Part shown: positions 46,903 to 59,132 of the stretch, in pieces
Layout: the number at the start of each line of letters is the position of its first letter
Position numbering within the stretch: position 1 is the first letter of the stretch
Origin: an uncultured Acidobacteriota bacterium
Lineage (GTDB): Bacteria; Acidobacteriota; Thermoanaerobaculia; Gp7-AA8
Assembly: GCA_963822445.1 (NCBI GenBank)
Contig: CAWGHO010000002.1
Span: forward strand, 1,920,001-1,984,000
Reading direction: 5' to 3'
DNA length: 64,000 nt
Notes under the pieces: generated by a model
Told to the model about the DNA's origin: nothing
What the model saw: the letters and a program-made list of their open reading frames with translations, nothing else
Database searches by the model: none
Program-made: the position numbers and the translations under genes

Positions 46903-47673
46903 TCACGTGTTGATCGCCCGGTACCGCGCGTTCAGAAATGCGTAGACGCCGTAAGCCATGAAGCCGATTCCCACGGCGAGCAGCATCGGTGCGGGCAACT
47001 CGCCGAGCGCCCCTTGCGTGCCGTGCGCGGAGCTGGGGTTGTGGCGCATCGCCGCGATCAGCAGTGAGCCACCGACGACCAGGAGGACGATTCCGCGCGC
47101 GCCGATGCCGAGTCGCGAGATGGTCACGACCTTGCGCTCCGTCGAAGCCTTCATCTCGCCGAGGTGGAGGCGTTTGCTCAGCTTCGACTCCCACGCGCGA
47201 TAGAGCTGATACGCGCCGTAGCCGACGATTCCGAGGCCCACGAGCGCGACCATGGTGCGGCCGAAGGGTTGTTCCATCAGCCGGGCCGTCCAGTGATCGG
47301 CTTTCTGTTCGCTGCCTTCCGGTGATTCGCCGCGCGTGAGCAGGCGGACGATCTCGACGACGAAAAGGCCGTAGACGAGACCGCGGAAGGCCTGACCGAC
47401 GCGGATGGCCAGGCCTTTCGGATTGCTGCCGCGGCGATCGGAATCGGCGAAGCCGCTGGCCAGCAGCCAGAGCGCATAGCCGATCAGGCCCAGGATCATG
47501 ATCACGAGGACCGGTTTGCCGAAAGGTTTTTCGAGCAGGTACTGAATCGCGCCTTCGTGGTCGGTTGCGCCGCCGCCTTTGCCGAGACCTGCCGCCGCGG
47601 CGAGCATGCCGATGATGAGATAGACCGTACCGATCGAAGCGAATCCGAGCCGTGCGAGGCGTTCGATGATCAT
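46903..47673 (-). CDS. DUF1206 domain membrane protein
   Basis: LARLGFASIGTVY, repeated PFG motifs, GIGARG. Confidence 0.8.
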   Translation of the reverse strand: MIIERLARLGFASIGTVYLIIGMLAAAAGLGKGGGATDHEGAIQYLLEKPFGKPVLVIMILGLIGYALWLLASGFADSDRRGSNPKGLAIRVGQAFRGLVYGLFVVEIVRLLTRGESPEGSEQKADHWTARLMEQPFGRTMVALVGLGIVGYGAYQLYRAWESKLSKRLHLGEMKASTERKVVTISRLGIGARGIVLLVVGGSLLIAAMRHNPSSAHGTQGALGELPAPMLLAVGIGFMAYGVYAFLNARYRAINT

Positions 47674-47679
47674 GCGCCG

Positions 47680-47703
47680 GTGTAGTGCAGGCCTCTGGCC
47701 TGC
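47680..47703 (+). repeat. single GTAG-type REP half
   Basis: GTGTAGTGCAGGCCTCTGGCCTGC, near-identical to the left arm at 48885. Confidence 0.65.
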
Positions 47704-47740
47704 TTTTGGCGTTACGCCCGGAAAAGGAGGTACGCCCCGA

Positions 47741-48460
47741 ATGAAGAAACTCATCGCGCTAGCCTTGTTCGCGATTCCGCTGTTCGCGCAGGATGCGCCG
47801 CCGCCCAAGCCCTGGACGAGCAGCGCCGGCGCCGGCATCGCGCTGACCAGCGGCAACACCGACACGCAGAACATCAATTTGTCCTTCAACACGCTCTGGG
47901 ATCCGAAGACCAGCCGCACGTTCAAAGCCGACGCGGTCTACCTGCTCGGCCGCAACAACGGCGAGAAGCAGCTCGACAAGGCCAGCGCGAACGCGCGCTA
48001 CGAGCGGCTCTTCGATCAGCGCGCGTTCTGGTTCGGCGAGCTCGCTTATCTCCGCGATCCGCTCAAGGAGATCTCGTATCTCGTCTCGCCGCTGGCCGGC
48101 GCGGGCATTCACGTGATCAACACCGACGCTCGCAAGCTGACCTTCGACGCGGCGGTTGGCGCCGTGGTGGAGAGCAACGCGAGCTTCGGCAGTGAGACCA
48201 GCGGCGCATTCAAAGCGGGACAGAGTTTCGACTGGACGATCTCGCCGGTCAGCAAATTCACACAGCGTCTGAACGGGCTGTTCAAGGCGGATGACTTCGG
48301 CGACGCGCTGTACCACTTCGACGCCGGCCTGGCCACGACGGTGGCCTCGCGGCTGGAGCTGAAGGTGTCGTACATCTATGACTACAAGAATCAGCCGCCG
48401 TCGCCGGAGATCGAGAAGGGCGACAGCGCCTTGTTCGCGGCGTTGCTTGTCAAGTTCTAA
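47741..48460 (+). CDS. DUF481 outer-membrane beta-barrel protein
   Basis: Signal peptide, TSGNTDT, terminal F; SD AAGGAGG. Confidence 0.82.
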   Translation: MKKLIALALFAIPLFAQDAPPPKPWTSSAGAGIALTSGNTDTQNINLSFNTLWDPKTSRTFKADAVYLLGRNNGEKQLDKASANARYERLFDQRAFWFGELAYLRDPLKEISYLVSPLAGAGIHVINTDARKLTFDAAVGAVVESNASFGSETSGAFKAGQSFDWTISPVSKFTQRLNGLFKADDFGDALYHFDAGLATTVASRLELKVSYIYDYKNQPPSPEIEKGDSALFAALLVKF

Positions 48461-48498
48461 AAACACCCGTTTTCCGGCCCAAAATCGCGAAAATACGG

Positions 48499-48527
48499 TT
48501 GCGTCGCGAGCGAATCGCGCATAGATT
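48499..48527 (+). promoter_or_regulatory. putative sigma70 promoter of HU gene
   Basis: TTGCGT-17 nt-TAGATT; TTGCGTCGC directly repeated at 48499 and 48526. Confidence 0.45.
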
Positions 48528-48580
48528 GCGTCGCTACGTCCGGCAGCGGACAAATCTCGAGAAGGAGAACACCAACACAC

Positions 48581-48874
48581 ATGGCGGCAGGCCCGATGAC
48601 CAAGTCCCAGCTCATCAACACCATCGCCGAAGAGTCCGAAGTTCCGCGCAAGACCGCGCAGCGGATGCTCGAAGTGCTCGGCGAAGTCGCTTACAAGGAA
48701 GCCAAGAAAGGCTTCACGCTCCCCGGCCTCGGCAAGCTCGTGCTCGTGAACCGGAAGGCCCGCACCGGCCGCAACCCGGCCACCGGCGAGGCGATCAAGA
48801 TTCCCGCCAAGAAGGTCCTCAAGTTCCGCATCGCCAAAGCAGCCAAGGACGCGATCCTCGGCATCAAGAAATAG
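48581..48874 (+). CDS. HU family DNA-binding protein
   Basis: MTKSQLI, ARTGRNPATGEAIKIPAKK. Confidence 0.93.
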   Translation: MAAGPMTKSQLINTIAEESEVPRKTAQRMLEVLGEVAYKEAKKGFTLPGLGKLVLVNRKARTGRNPATGEAIKIPAKKVLKFRIAKAAKDAILGIKK

Positions 48875-48884
48875 CTTTCGTCTC

Positions 48885-48941
48885 GTGTAGTGTGGGCCTC
48901 TGGCCTACCTCGGAAGGTAGGCGAGGACGCCCACACTACAC
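48885..48941. repeat. GTAG-type REP doublet (REPIN-like)
   Basis: GTGTAGTGTGGGC...GCCCACACTACAC inverted ends with inner GCCTACC/GGTAGGC. Confidence 0.78.
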
Positions 48942-48956
48942 CTGGGAGGTTTCTCC

Positions 48957-49493
48957 TTGCCGCATCGCTATCCGCAGGAAGCCGTGCTTCGCGACGGCCG
49001 CCGCGTGTTCCTCCGACCCTTCGCCGAAAAAGACGTCGATGCCCTGTACGACTTCTTCCACCGCATGCCGCTCGAGTACCGGCGCTTCGCGTGGGACAAC
49101 GTCGACAACCGCGCTCTGATCGAGAGCTGGGGACGCAGCGTCGACTACGGGAAGGTCTTTCCCCTCCTGGCCATCGACGGCACGCGCATCGTCGCCGACG
49201 CCACGCTGCATCTGCGCAAAGGCGGGCCGCTCCGCCTGGTCGGCCGGCTGAAGTGGATGATCGACCCGAACTTCCGCGGTGAAGGCCTCGGCACGACGCT
49301 GGTGAACCACCTCGTTCACATCGCGCGCGATCGCGGTCTGCGCCACGTGAGCTGCATGCTGATCTCCGACCTCGAAGCCGACGCGGTGAAGACGCTCGAG
49401 GAACTGGGATTCACCTCGTTCGTGCAACCCGGATACGGAACCGATCCGGACGGGAATCAGCACGACATGACCAAGCTGATTCTCAAGCTGTGA
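48957..49493 (+). CDS. GNAT family N-acetyltransferase
   Basis: LRDGRRVFLRP, FRGEGLGT, LEELGF; TTG start after GGGAGG. Confidence 0.82.
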   Translation: MPHRYPQEAVLRDGRRVFLRPFAEKDVDALYDFFHRMPLEYRRFAWDNVDNRALIESWGRSVDYGKVFPLLAIDGTRIVADATLHLRKGGPLRLVGRLKWMIDPNFRGEGLGTTLVNHLVHIARDRGLRHVSCMLISDLEADAVKTLEELGFTSFVQPGYGTDPDGNQHDMTKLILKL

Positions 49494-51222
49494 CGGCTGG
49501 CGGCGCCTTGGGTGCGCGCCGGCCGTGACGCTTCTGTCGCTGGCTGCGGCCGATCCCGGCTGCAGCGACAGGATGACAGAGCCGGCAGGCCTGAAGACCG
49601 CGAGCCTCTGCCGCGATGCTGGTGTCGAGAAGGATCCGCTTGGACGCGGCGATCTTCACGGCGCTCGGGCACGATTGCAGGTGATATTTCGACGCTTCGC
49701 TCGACGCGACGAGCTGGATCGCTGTCTCCTGGGTCGATAGGAGCGCTTCGAACTCAGCCGAGGTGAAACTGACTTCGACCAGTTTGGCCCGGCCCTGAGG
49801 TTGATCCATGAACGTCCAGAGCGCATCGGTCCATTGGAGAGCGATGCTGCTGTCCTCTTTGATCTTCTGCCGCAGCGCGGCGATCACTCGTGACTCGTCG
49901 AGAAAGCCGTGCAGGAGGAGCGCGCGGCCGAACGGCAAACCGGTCGTCTCACAAGTCTCGAGCGCCTTCCTCCGCTGAGCCTCGCTGATCCATTCCCACG
50001 CGACCAGTCGCTCGCCCAGCGTCGCGGAGTTCTCGCTCGCGGCGCACGAAACGATGCGGCCGGCGGTGAGATAGATCCCGAGATGCTGCCGTCCGTCGCT
50101 CAAGGCCAGAAGCCCGCTCCGGCGCTCCGCTTCCAGTCCTGAAATGACCTGGAAAAGAGAGCCTTCGACGAGGAGTTGCCATAGCGGCTCTTCGTTGGTG
50201 GTGGTCGAGGTGGGAGGCGGCTCGACGGTCGCTTCGACCGCCTCGGCCTGGCGCTGGGTCCTCTCCTTCTTGAGCGCGCCCGCCAGGATGCGGAGCTCCC
50301 GAAGGTGCAGGGTTTCGGCTGTCTTGAGGCGGGCGACGATGGTCTGGAGCGCGGCGTTTTTCTGCTGTTCCTTCTCCAGTTCGTCCTGGAGACTCTTGAT
50401 CGCCGCAGACGGGTCGATGGCAGGGGTGATCACTTCGACGAATCCGCCCGCCGATCCGTCCGGCGAATAGCGCGTGATCGTGCTTGTCACCCAGATATGA
50501 GTCCCGTCGCGTCGAACGCGCCAATCCTCATTTTCGTGGCTGCCGTTTTCGGCCGCGGCGCGCAGGTGAGCGGTGGGAGTGTCCGCCCAGTTGTCCTGAT
50601 CCCGGTAGAGCGTGCAGCGATTGCGACCCGCGACTTCCTCGGGCTTGTACCCGAAGATCGCTGCCGCGCCGCGGTTCCAGCCGGTGATGATGCCGCGCGT
50701 GTCCATGCGGATGACGGCGGCGTGCGTCAGCCGGTTCAGAATCAGTGTGGATAACCGGTCGGCATCGTGCGCGGTGTCGCCGTCGAGCGCCGCGGGCTCA
50801 ATGCTGTGAACGACCAGCCACGGTTCGCCCGGGTTGACCTGCACCAGCGCGGCGCTCGCATGGATCGTCCTGTAGCTCCCCCGCTTGTCCATCACCCGCT
50901 TGCGGAGGCGGTAGTGGGGGATGTCCCCCTGAAGGAGTGCGCGAAGCAGCTTGATTTCGTGCGGCGCATCGTCAGGGTGCGTGATGTCGCGCAAGGTGAT
51001 GCGTAACAGCTCCTCGCGCGTGTAACCGAGCGTGGTGCAGCAGGCCTTGTTGAACCAGAGCCAGTGGCCATCGACTGCCGACAGGGCCAAGCCGACCGGA
51101 GCGCCGTCGATGGCGTGGCGCAGGCGAAGGTCACGCGTTGCCGCCGAGGAGCGCACAGGCGCAGGAACGATTTCCTTCCGGAAAGGTCGCGGGATCAAAG
51201 GGATCATGGACGCGTCGAACAT
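49483..51222 (-). CDS. PAS-PAS / coiled-coil / DUF4388-like / Ada-type metal-binding domain protein
   Basis: Two PAS (ITHPDD; WNRGAAAIFGY, RVRRDGT), RSGLL..G.IV..LGERLV, KYHLQSC...GLQACRLCHP. Confidence 0.72.
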   Translation of the reverse strand: MFDASMIPLIPRPFRKEIVPAPVRSSAATRDLRLRHAIDGAPVGLALSAVDGHWLWFNKACCTTLGYTREELLRITLRDITHPDDAPHEIKLLRALLQGDIPHYRLRKRVMDKRGSYRTIHASAALVQVNPGEPWLVVHSIEPAALDGDTAHDADRLSTLILNRLTHAAVIRMDTRGIITGWNRGAAAIFGYKPEEVAGRNRCTLYRDQDNWADTPTAHLRAAAENGSHENEDWRVRRDGTHIWVTSTITRYSPDGSAGGFVEVITPAIDPSAAIKSLQDELEKEQQKNAALQTIVARLKTAETLHLRELRILAGALKKERTQRQAEAVEATVEPPPTSTTTNEEPLWQLLVEGSLFQVISGLEAERRSGLLALSDGRQHLGIYLTAGRIVSCAASENSATLGERLVAWEWISEAQRRKALETCETTGLPFGRALLLHGFLDESRVIAALRQKIKEDSSIALQWTDALWTFMDQPQGRAKLVEVSFTSAEFEALLSTQETAIQLVASSEASKYHLQSCPSAVKIAASKRILLDTSIAAEARGLQACRLCHPVAAAGIGRSQRQKRHGRRAPKAPPAVTA

Positions 51223-51333
51223 ACGGTTCGCACGTCACAGGACCGCGCGCGAAGTCATCACAGGCGTGTGAGAACGCTCGCTCGTCAGCGCAAGACGACA
51301 CTCCTGATGCAGCGGTCGCTTACCATTCCCGGC

Positions 51334-53245
51334 ATGACCGCGTTCAAGCCTTACGTCTCGCCTGACGAACGCATGCCCGAGTTCACCTGGCGTGGCTGGT
51401 TGCCGGGCATCCTCCTCGGCATCGTCTTCGGCGTCGCCAATGCCTATCTCGGTTTGCGCGCGGGCCTGACGATCTCCACGTCGATTCCCATCGCCGTGCT
51501 CACCGTCGCCGTTTATCGGATGGCCGTGCGCGGCAACATCCTCGAAGCGAACATGTCCCAGACCATCGGCTCGGCATCGAGCTCGGTGGCCAGCGGCGTG
51601 ATCTTCACCTTGCCGGCGCTGTTCCTCTGGGGCATCGAGCCGTCGCTGCTGCAGATGACCCTTCTCGCGCTCGCGGGCGGCGTGCTGGGAACGCTGTTCA
51701 TGATTCCGCTGCGCAAGTTCCTCATCGAGCGCGAGCACGACACGCTGCCGTATCCCGAAGGAACTGCTTGTGCGGAAGTGCTCGTGGCCAGCCAGGGTGG
51801 CGGGCGGGCGCGCGGCGTGTTCGAAGGCATCATCGCCGGCGGGCTTTTCAAGACGATCGTCGGCGGACTGCGGCTCGTGCCCGAGGAGATCGACGTACGC
51901 ATTCCGTTTCTGCGCAAGGGCCAGCTCGGTACCGAAGTCTCGGCGGCGCTGTTCGGAGTCGGCTTCATCCTCGGCCCGCGCGTCAGCACGGTCATGGTCA
52001 GCGGCGGGCTGTTGTCGTCGCTGCTGATCATTCCGCTGCTCGACTGGTGGGGACAGGGGCAGACCACGCCGTTCTATCCCGAGTTGAAGCTGACCATCGC
52101 CGAGATGAGTCCCGGCCAGTTGTGGTCGCGTTACGTGCGCTACATCGGCGCCGGTGCTGTTGCCGCGGCCGGGATCATGACGCTCATTCGCAGCATCCCT
52201 ACCATGGCCGAGAGTTTCCGCGTCGGGACCGCGCAGATGCGGAAGAGGGCTTCGGAGTCGGATGTCCCTTCACGCACGTCGCACGACCTGCGTTTCTCCA
52301 CGACCGTGATCGGCGCGATCTGTGTCATCGCGTTACTCACCGTGATGCCGCAGGCGTTCGGAACGTTGACCGCGTTCTCGCATCGATTGGTAGCCGCGAT
52401 TCTCGTCGCGATCTTCGCGTTCTTCTTCGCCACGGTTTCCTCGCGCATCGTCGGGATTCGTCGGCGTGACCTCGAATCCGACCAGCGGCATGACCATCGC
52501 GGCACTCCTCGGCACCGCGGCAGTTTTTCTGGCGATGGGTTGGACCGACGCCGCCGGAAAGGCGGGCGCGCTCGCCGTTGGCACAGTCGTCGCCATTGCC
52601 GCTTCGATCGCCGGCGACACGTCGCAGGATCTGAAGACCGGCTATCTCCTCGGCGCGACGCCGCGCTATCAGCAGATCGGCCAGCTGCTCGGCGTGCTGA
52701 CCTCCGCGGCATTCGTCTGCGGTGCCGTTCTGCTTCTCGGACGCGCGTACGGATTCGGTACCGAGGAGATTCCGGCGCCGCAGGCGACGCTGATGAAGCT
52801 CGTCATCGAAGGCGTGCTCGATCGGACGTTGCCGTGGGGCCTGGTGGCGATCGGCGTCGGTATCAGCATCGTGGCCGCGCTGTTGCGGTTGCCGGCGCTC
52901 GCTTTCGCGGTCGGCGTTTATCTGCCTGTCGCGGCGATGGTTCCGATCTTTCTCGGCGGCCTGCTGCGCATGGCGACCGATCGCGGGAAGAACGCCGCGA
53001 CGCGCGCGGATCATGGCGTGTTGCTCGGCTCCGGGTTCGTCGCGGGCGAAGGGTTGATCGGTGTGGCCATCGCCGGCATCGCGTTGGCGCTCGGGCGCGT
53101 ACCGGCAGGTGTCGGCTACGCGTGGGCGGGCGGCGCGGCGATGTGGATCGCGGCGGCGCTCTTCGCGACGCTCATTGGGTGGTTCTGGTACTCGATGCGA
53201 GCTTCCGTACGAGCTCCAGAAGCAGAGACGCCTCGCGAGTCGTGA
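51334..53245 (+). CDS. OPT family oligopeptide transporter (apparent +1 frameshift near 52458)
   Basis: NAYLGLRAG, YPEGTACAEVL, SNPTSGMTIA, QDLKTG, APQATLM. Confidence 0.9.
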
Positions 53246-53882
53246 GCACCGCGCGTCCGGTAAGAGCCTGCAACTCCGCGCAGACGCGATCGGGATTGCG
53301 ATTGCCGAAGAACTCGATCGCGTCGAGCAGCGAACGGGTGCGCGAGTTGAGCTCCTGAATGAGCCGGTTCGCCGCGGGATCAGGTGCTTCGACGGGCGGA
53401 CGCAGGCCTTTGCCGAGCTCGTAACTGAAGATCGCCACCGACTGCGCGAGGTTCATTGTCGGGAAGGCAGGCCACGTCGGAATCGAGGCCGTGCGCTGGC
53501 AGAGCATCATCTCTTTCGCGCTCAAGCCGTACTTTTCGCGGCCGAAGACGATACCGAGGCGATGATCGGCGCTGAGTTGCTCCTCGGCGACGCGCGCGAC
53601 CTCGCTCGGTGAAAGCTGCTCGAAGACGTGACGCGCACGGACCGCGGTCGTGGCTACGGTGAGATGACAATCGGCGAGCGCTTCCTCGAGCGTGTCGACG
53701 CGCGATGCGTTCTCGACGACGTCGAGCGCGCCGACGGCCCACCAGCTCGAGACGTCGTCGGTTCGTTCCGTCTTTCCGCCAACGATCCAGAGGTCGGTGA
53801 AGCCGAAGTTCTTCATGGCCCGCGCGGACGCGCCGACGTTTCCGGAGTCCAGCGGCTCGACGAGGATGATGCGGACGTGCAT
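53172..53882 (-). CDS. TrmJ/LasT family tRNA methyltransferase
   Basis: GNVGASARAMKNFG, VFGREKYGL, MNLAQSV. Confidence 0.87.
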   Translation of the reverse strand: MHVRIILVEPLDSGNVGASARAMKNFGFTDLWIVGGKTERTDDVSSWWAVGALDVVENASRVDTLEEALADCHLTVATTAVRARHVFEQLSPSEVARVAEEQLSADHRLGIVFGREKYGLSAKEMMLCQRTASIPTWPAFPTMNLAQSVAIFSYELGKGLRPPVEAPDPAANRLIQELNSRTRSLLDAIEFFGNRNPDRVCAELQALTGRAVLTTREASLLLELVRKLASSTRTTQ

Positions 53883-53915
53883 GGTCGGAGCATAATCGCA
53901 GGATCATCCTACACC

Positions 53916-54415
53916 ATGAATGCTCCGATCCTGACGACCGAGCGTCTCCGCCTGCGGATGCTGACGAACGAAGACTTCGATCAGTACGCGGCCATCCACA
54001 CGGATCCCGAGGTCACGCGGTTCACCACGCGCACGCACATGACGCGCATGGATGCCTGGCGGCACATGGCCATGATCCTCGGCCACTGGGTGCTCCGCGG
54101 ATTCGGCATGTGGGGCGTGGAAGAGCTCGAAACGGGCAAGCTCGTTGGCCGCGTCGGCTTCCACAACCCTGACGGCTGGCCGGCGTTCGAGCTCGGATGG
54201 ACGATCGGGAAGAACTGGTGGGGCAAGGGCTACGCGTCGGAAGCAGCGCGGCGTTGTCTCGAATACGCCTTCGAGGAGATGGGCCGCGACCATGTGATCA
54301 GCCTCATCGATCCGGACAACGTCAATTCCATCGGCGTCGCGGACCGGATCGGCGAGAAGCTCGAAGGCGAAGTCGAGGTGGGCGGTCATCGCCTGCTCGT
54401 GTATGGGATTTCGAG

Positions 54416-54419
<4 letters not shown>
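53916..54419 (+). CDS. RimJ/RimL-type GNAT acetyltransferase
   Basis: [22 protein letters not shown]. Confidence 0.88.
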
Positions 54420-56873
<2,454 letters not shown>

Positions 56874-56877
56874 AACG

Positions 56878-56908
56878 AAAAGCCTCCCGCGCCGAAGCGC
56901 GGGAGGCT
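56878..56908 (-). terminator. intrinsic terminator between convergent genes
   Basis: AAA-AGCCTCCCGCGC-CGAA-GCGCGGGAGGCT. Confidence 0.75.
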
Positions 56909-56930
56909 GGGTAAAGACGAATGAAAGCGA

Positions 56931-57836
56931 CTACTGGACGCCCGGGATAGTCGGGCCGCTGGGAGTCTGCGAGCCGCCGTTGCCGCCGATGTAGTTGTTG
57001 CCGAACGTCAGGATCTGGCCACCGCCGACGAAGTTGAAGCCGGTGGTGTTGTTGAAGACCGACGTGCCGGTGAGGCGGGTCGTCGACGCGCCATTGCCGG
57101 CGGTGATGCCCGTTCCGTTGCCGGAGATGATCGAGTTCATCACGTTGACGGTGGTCGTGCCCGAGTTCTGCTCGGAGACGAGACCGACGTTCGTGTTGTT
57201 CGCGATCACCGAGTCGTAGATGTTGGCGATGCCGCCGTTGGCGATGTACACGCCGATGCCGTTCTGAATCGAGCGGACGTTGTTCAGCGTCGTCTTGGTG
57301 ATCGCCGGCGGGGCCGACGGGAACGCCGCGTAACCGATCGACGTGCAGTTCGACATCGTGACGTCGGTCAGGTTGACCGTGGCCGCGACCTCGATGCTCA
57401 CGCAGCGGTTCGACTGATTCTGGATGTTGACGCGCTCCATGATCAGCTTCGAGCCTTGGATGAAACGCACGCCGTTCACGCCGAGGGTCGTGCCCGCGCC
57501 GTTGATCGAAAGGTCGCGCAGCACGACGATGACGCCGGCACCGTTGATCAGGAAGCCGTTGACCGAGCTGTTCAGGCCCGAGGCGAGCGTGCCCGTGCCC
57601 TGAATCGTGATCGACTTGGTAATGGTGAGTGCGCCGTAACCGCCCGGATCGAGAACGCTGATCTCGCCGCCGGCGGCGGTCTTCGAGATCGCACCTGCGT
57701 ACGTCTTGCAGGGAGCGGTGCGGCTGCAGGGGTTGGCGTCGTCACCAACACCCGAGACCCACGTGCGCGTAGCCTGACCTTCAGCGACGCCCACCATAAT
57801 CAAACAAACAGCCAATACCAAAAGAGTGCGCTTCAT
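56931..57836 (-). CDS. secreted right-handed beta-helix repeat protein
   Basis: Signal peptide, RTWVSGVGDDANPCSRTAPCKT, Asn/Gly/Thr-rich repeats; SD GGAGGAG. Confidence 0.82.
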   Translation of the reverse strand: MKRTLLVLAVCLIMVGVAEGQATRTWVSGVGDDANPCSRTAPCKTYAGAISKTAAGGEISVLDPGGYGALTITKSITIQGTGTLASGLNSSVNGFLINGAGVIVVLRDLSINGAGTTLGVNGVRFIQGSKLIMERVNIQNQSNRCVSIEVAATVNLTDVTMSNCTSIGYAAFPSAPPAITKTTLNNVRSIQNGIGVYIANGGIANIYDSVIANNTNVGLVSEQNSGTTTVNVMNSIISGNGTGITAGNGASTTRLTGTSVFNNTTGFNFVGGGQILTFGNNYIGGNGGSQTPSGPTIPGVQ

Positions 57837-58009
57837 GATTCTCCTCCACTTGATTGCGGCCCACGTGATCACGCGCGTGCCCGCGAATCTCTTGTTGATA
57901 GATACGTGATCGACACTGCGCCGCGACGGACACCTTCGACGCGATGCAGTCATTCCCCACTTGGTTTATCTGAGTTGCGCAAGTCTACGCCGGAAATTTT
58001 GAGAGTCAA

Positions 58010-58025
58010 CGTGATCGAGATCACG
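58010..58025. promoter_or_regulatory. CRP/FNR-like palindromic site
   Basis: CGTGA-N6-TCACG in the AT-richer region upstream of the beta-helix gene. Confidence 0.45.
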
Positions 58026-58095
58026 CGGGCCATCAAAAAATCTTTATGCGTAAAACCCTACGATTCTGGTGATTCGGACCGCTCCGATTGTGACA

Positions 58096-59070
58096 CTAAC
58101 GGACCGGTTGCGGGGAGAGTTTTTCGATCAGCGCCTGGAGGCGGGCGCGGCCTTCCGTCTGCTCGCCGACGGTTCCGCTGAGGAGCCGGGCGATGTCGCT
58201 CAGCTCGCGAAGGACGTCCGGGGTCGCATCGCCGAGGGCGATCGCTCCACTCGCTTCGCCGCTCAGGGCGAGACGCTTCCGCTCATCGGCGGCACGGGCC
58301 TGCTCTTCCGATCGCCTCTCCAGCTCGCCGGGCATCGACAGCAGGGCTTCGTCGATCGCGTTCCGCAGGTTCCCGCGGTTGATGTCGCGATCATCGGCCA
58401 GGTCCCGAATCTGGATAAGCCGTTTCATTGCAGGGAAGTAGGGGCTGCTCGGATCGTCGACCAGCTTGGCCTGCAGCAGCGACACTTCCGCCACCGCGGC
58501 CTTGCTGCCGCTCTCCACGCCCAGCTCGACGACCGCCTTCACCGACTTGCCGATGTCCGGCAGGGCCACGCCGTTCGCGTCGCCCGGGTTGACCCAGGCG
58601 TTGACCGGAATCTCGTGATGCGTCGTTCTGCCGTCGAAGGAAGTCGAGTCGACGAGGACGTTCCGGATCCACACACGATTGTTCGCCGAGAACGTTCCCC
58701 GCTTTTTCGGCACCGTGACTTCGACGCGATATCCATTGGCGCCGGTGACGGTGATGTAGCGCAGCTCCGGCTCGGTGTGGACGTGCTCGATGGTCTTCTC
58801 CTCGGTGACGCGACCGCCCTCCTCGCGCTGCAGCGAAGCCCAGCGATATGTGCCGTCGTCGCGCGGTCCACGAAGGGTGTGGATGTCGCTGTCGACGATC
58901 GCCAGGAGAACCTGACGCGACCGGCCGAGGTCCTCGGCGACCGCGGTGACCCTGGCTAGCGTGCGGAGATCATTGGTGAGCAGTTCCGTATTCGCATCGC
59001 GCGGGGCGGGGTCGATCGCAAAGGCGGAGATGGTCAGCAGAAGAGTAGCGAGCACAACAAGGTGTTTCAT
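58096..59070 (-). CDS. secreted hypothetical protein
   Basis: Signal peptide MKHLVVLATLLLTISAFA; host-like codon usage. Confidence 0.7.
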   Translation of the reverse strand: MKHLVVLATLLLTISAFAIDPAPRDANTELLTNDLRTLARVTAVAEDLGRSRQVLLAIVDSDIHTLRGPRDDGTYRWASLQREEGGRVTEEKTIEHVHTEPELRYITVTGANGYRVEVTVPKKRGTFSANNRVWIRNVLVDSTSFDGRTTHHEIPVNAWVNPGDANGVALPDIGKSVKAVVELGVESGSKAAVAEVSLLQAKLVDDPSSPYFPAMKRLIQIRDLADDRDINRGNLRNAIDEALLSMPGELERRSEEQARAADERKRLALSGEASGAIALGDATPDVLRELSDIARLLSGTVGEQTEGRARLQALIEKLSPQPVR

Positions 59071-59095
59071 GGCGCGGATCTTAATGAAAAATCGC

Positions 59096-59126
59096 TTGCA
59101 CCTCACGCGGCGTGAGGTCCTACGCT
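59096..59126 (+). promoter_or_regulatory. MerR-type promoter/operator
   Basis: TTGCAC-19 nt-TACGCT with dyad ACCTCACG-CGG-CGTGAGGT. Confidence 0.85.
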
Positions 59127-59132
59127 TTCTTC

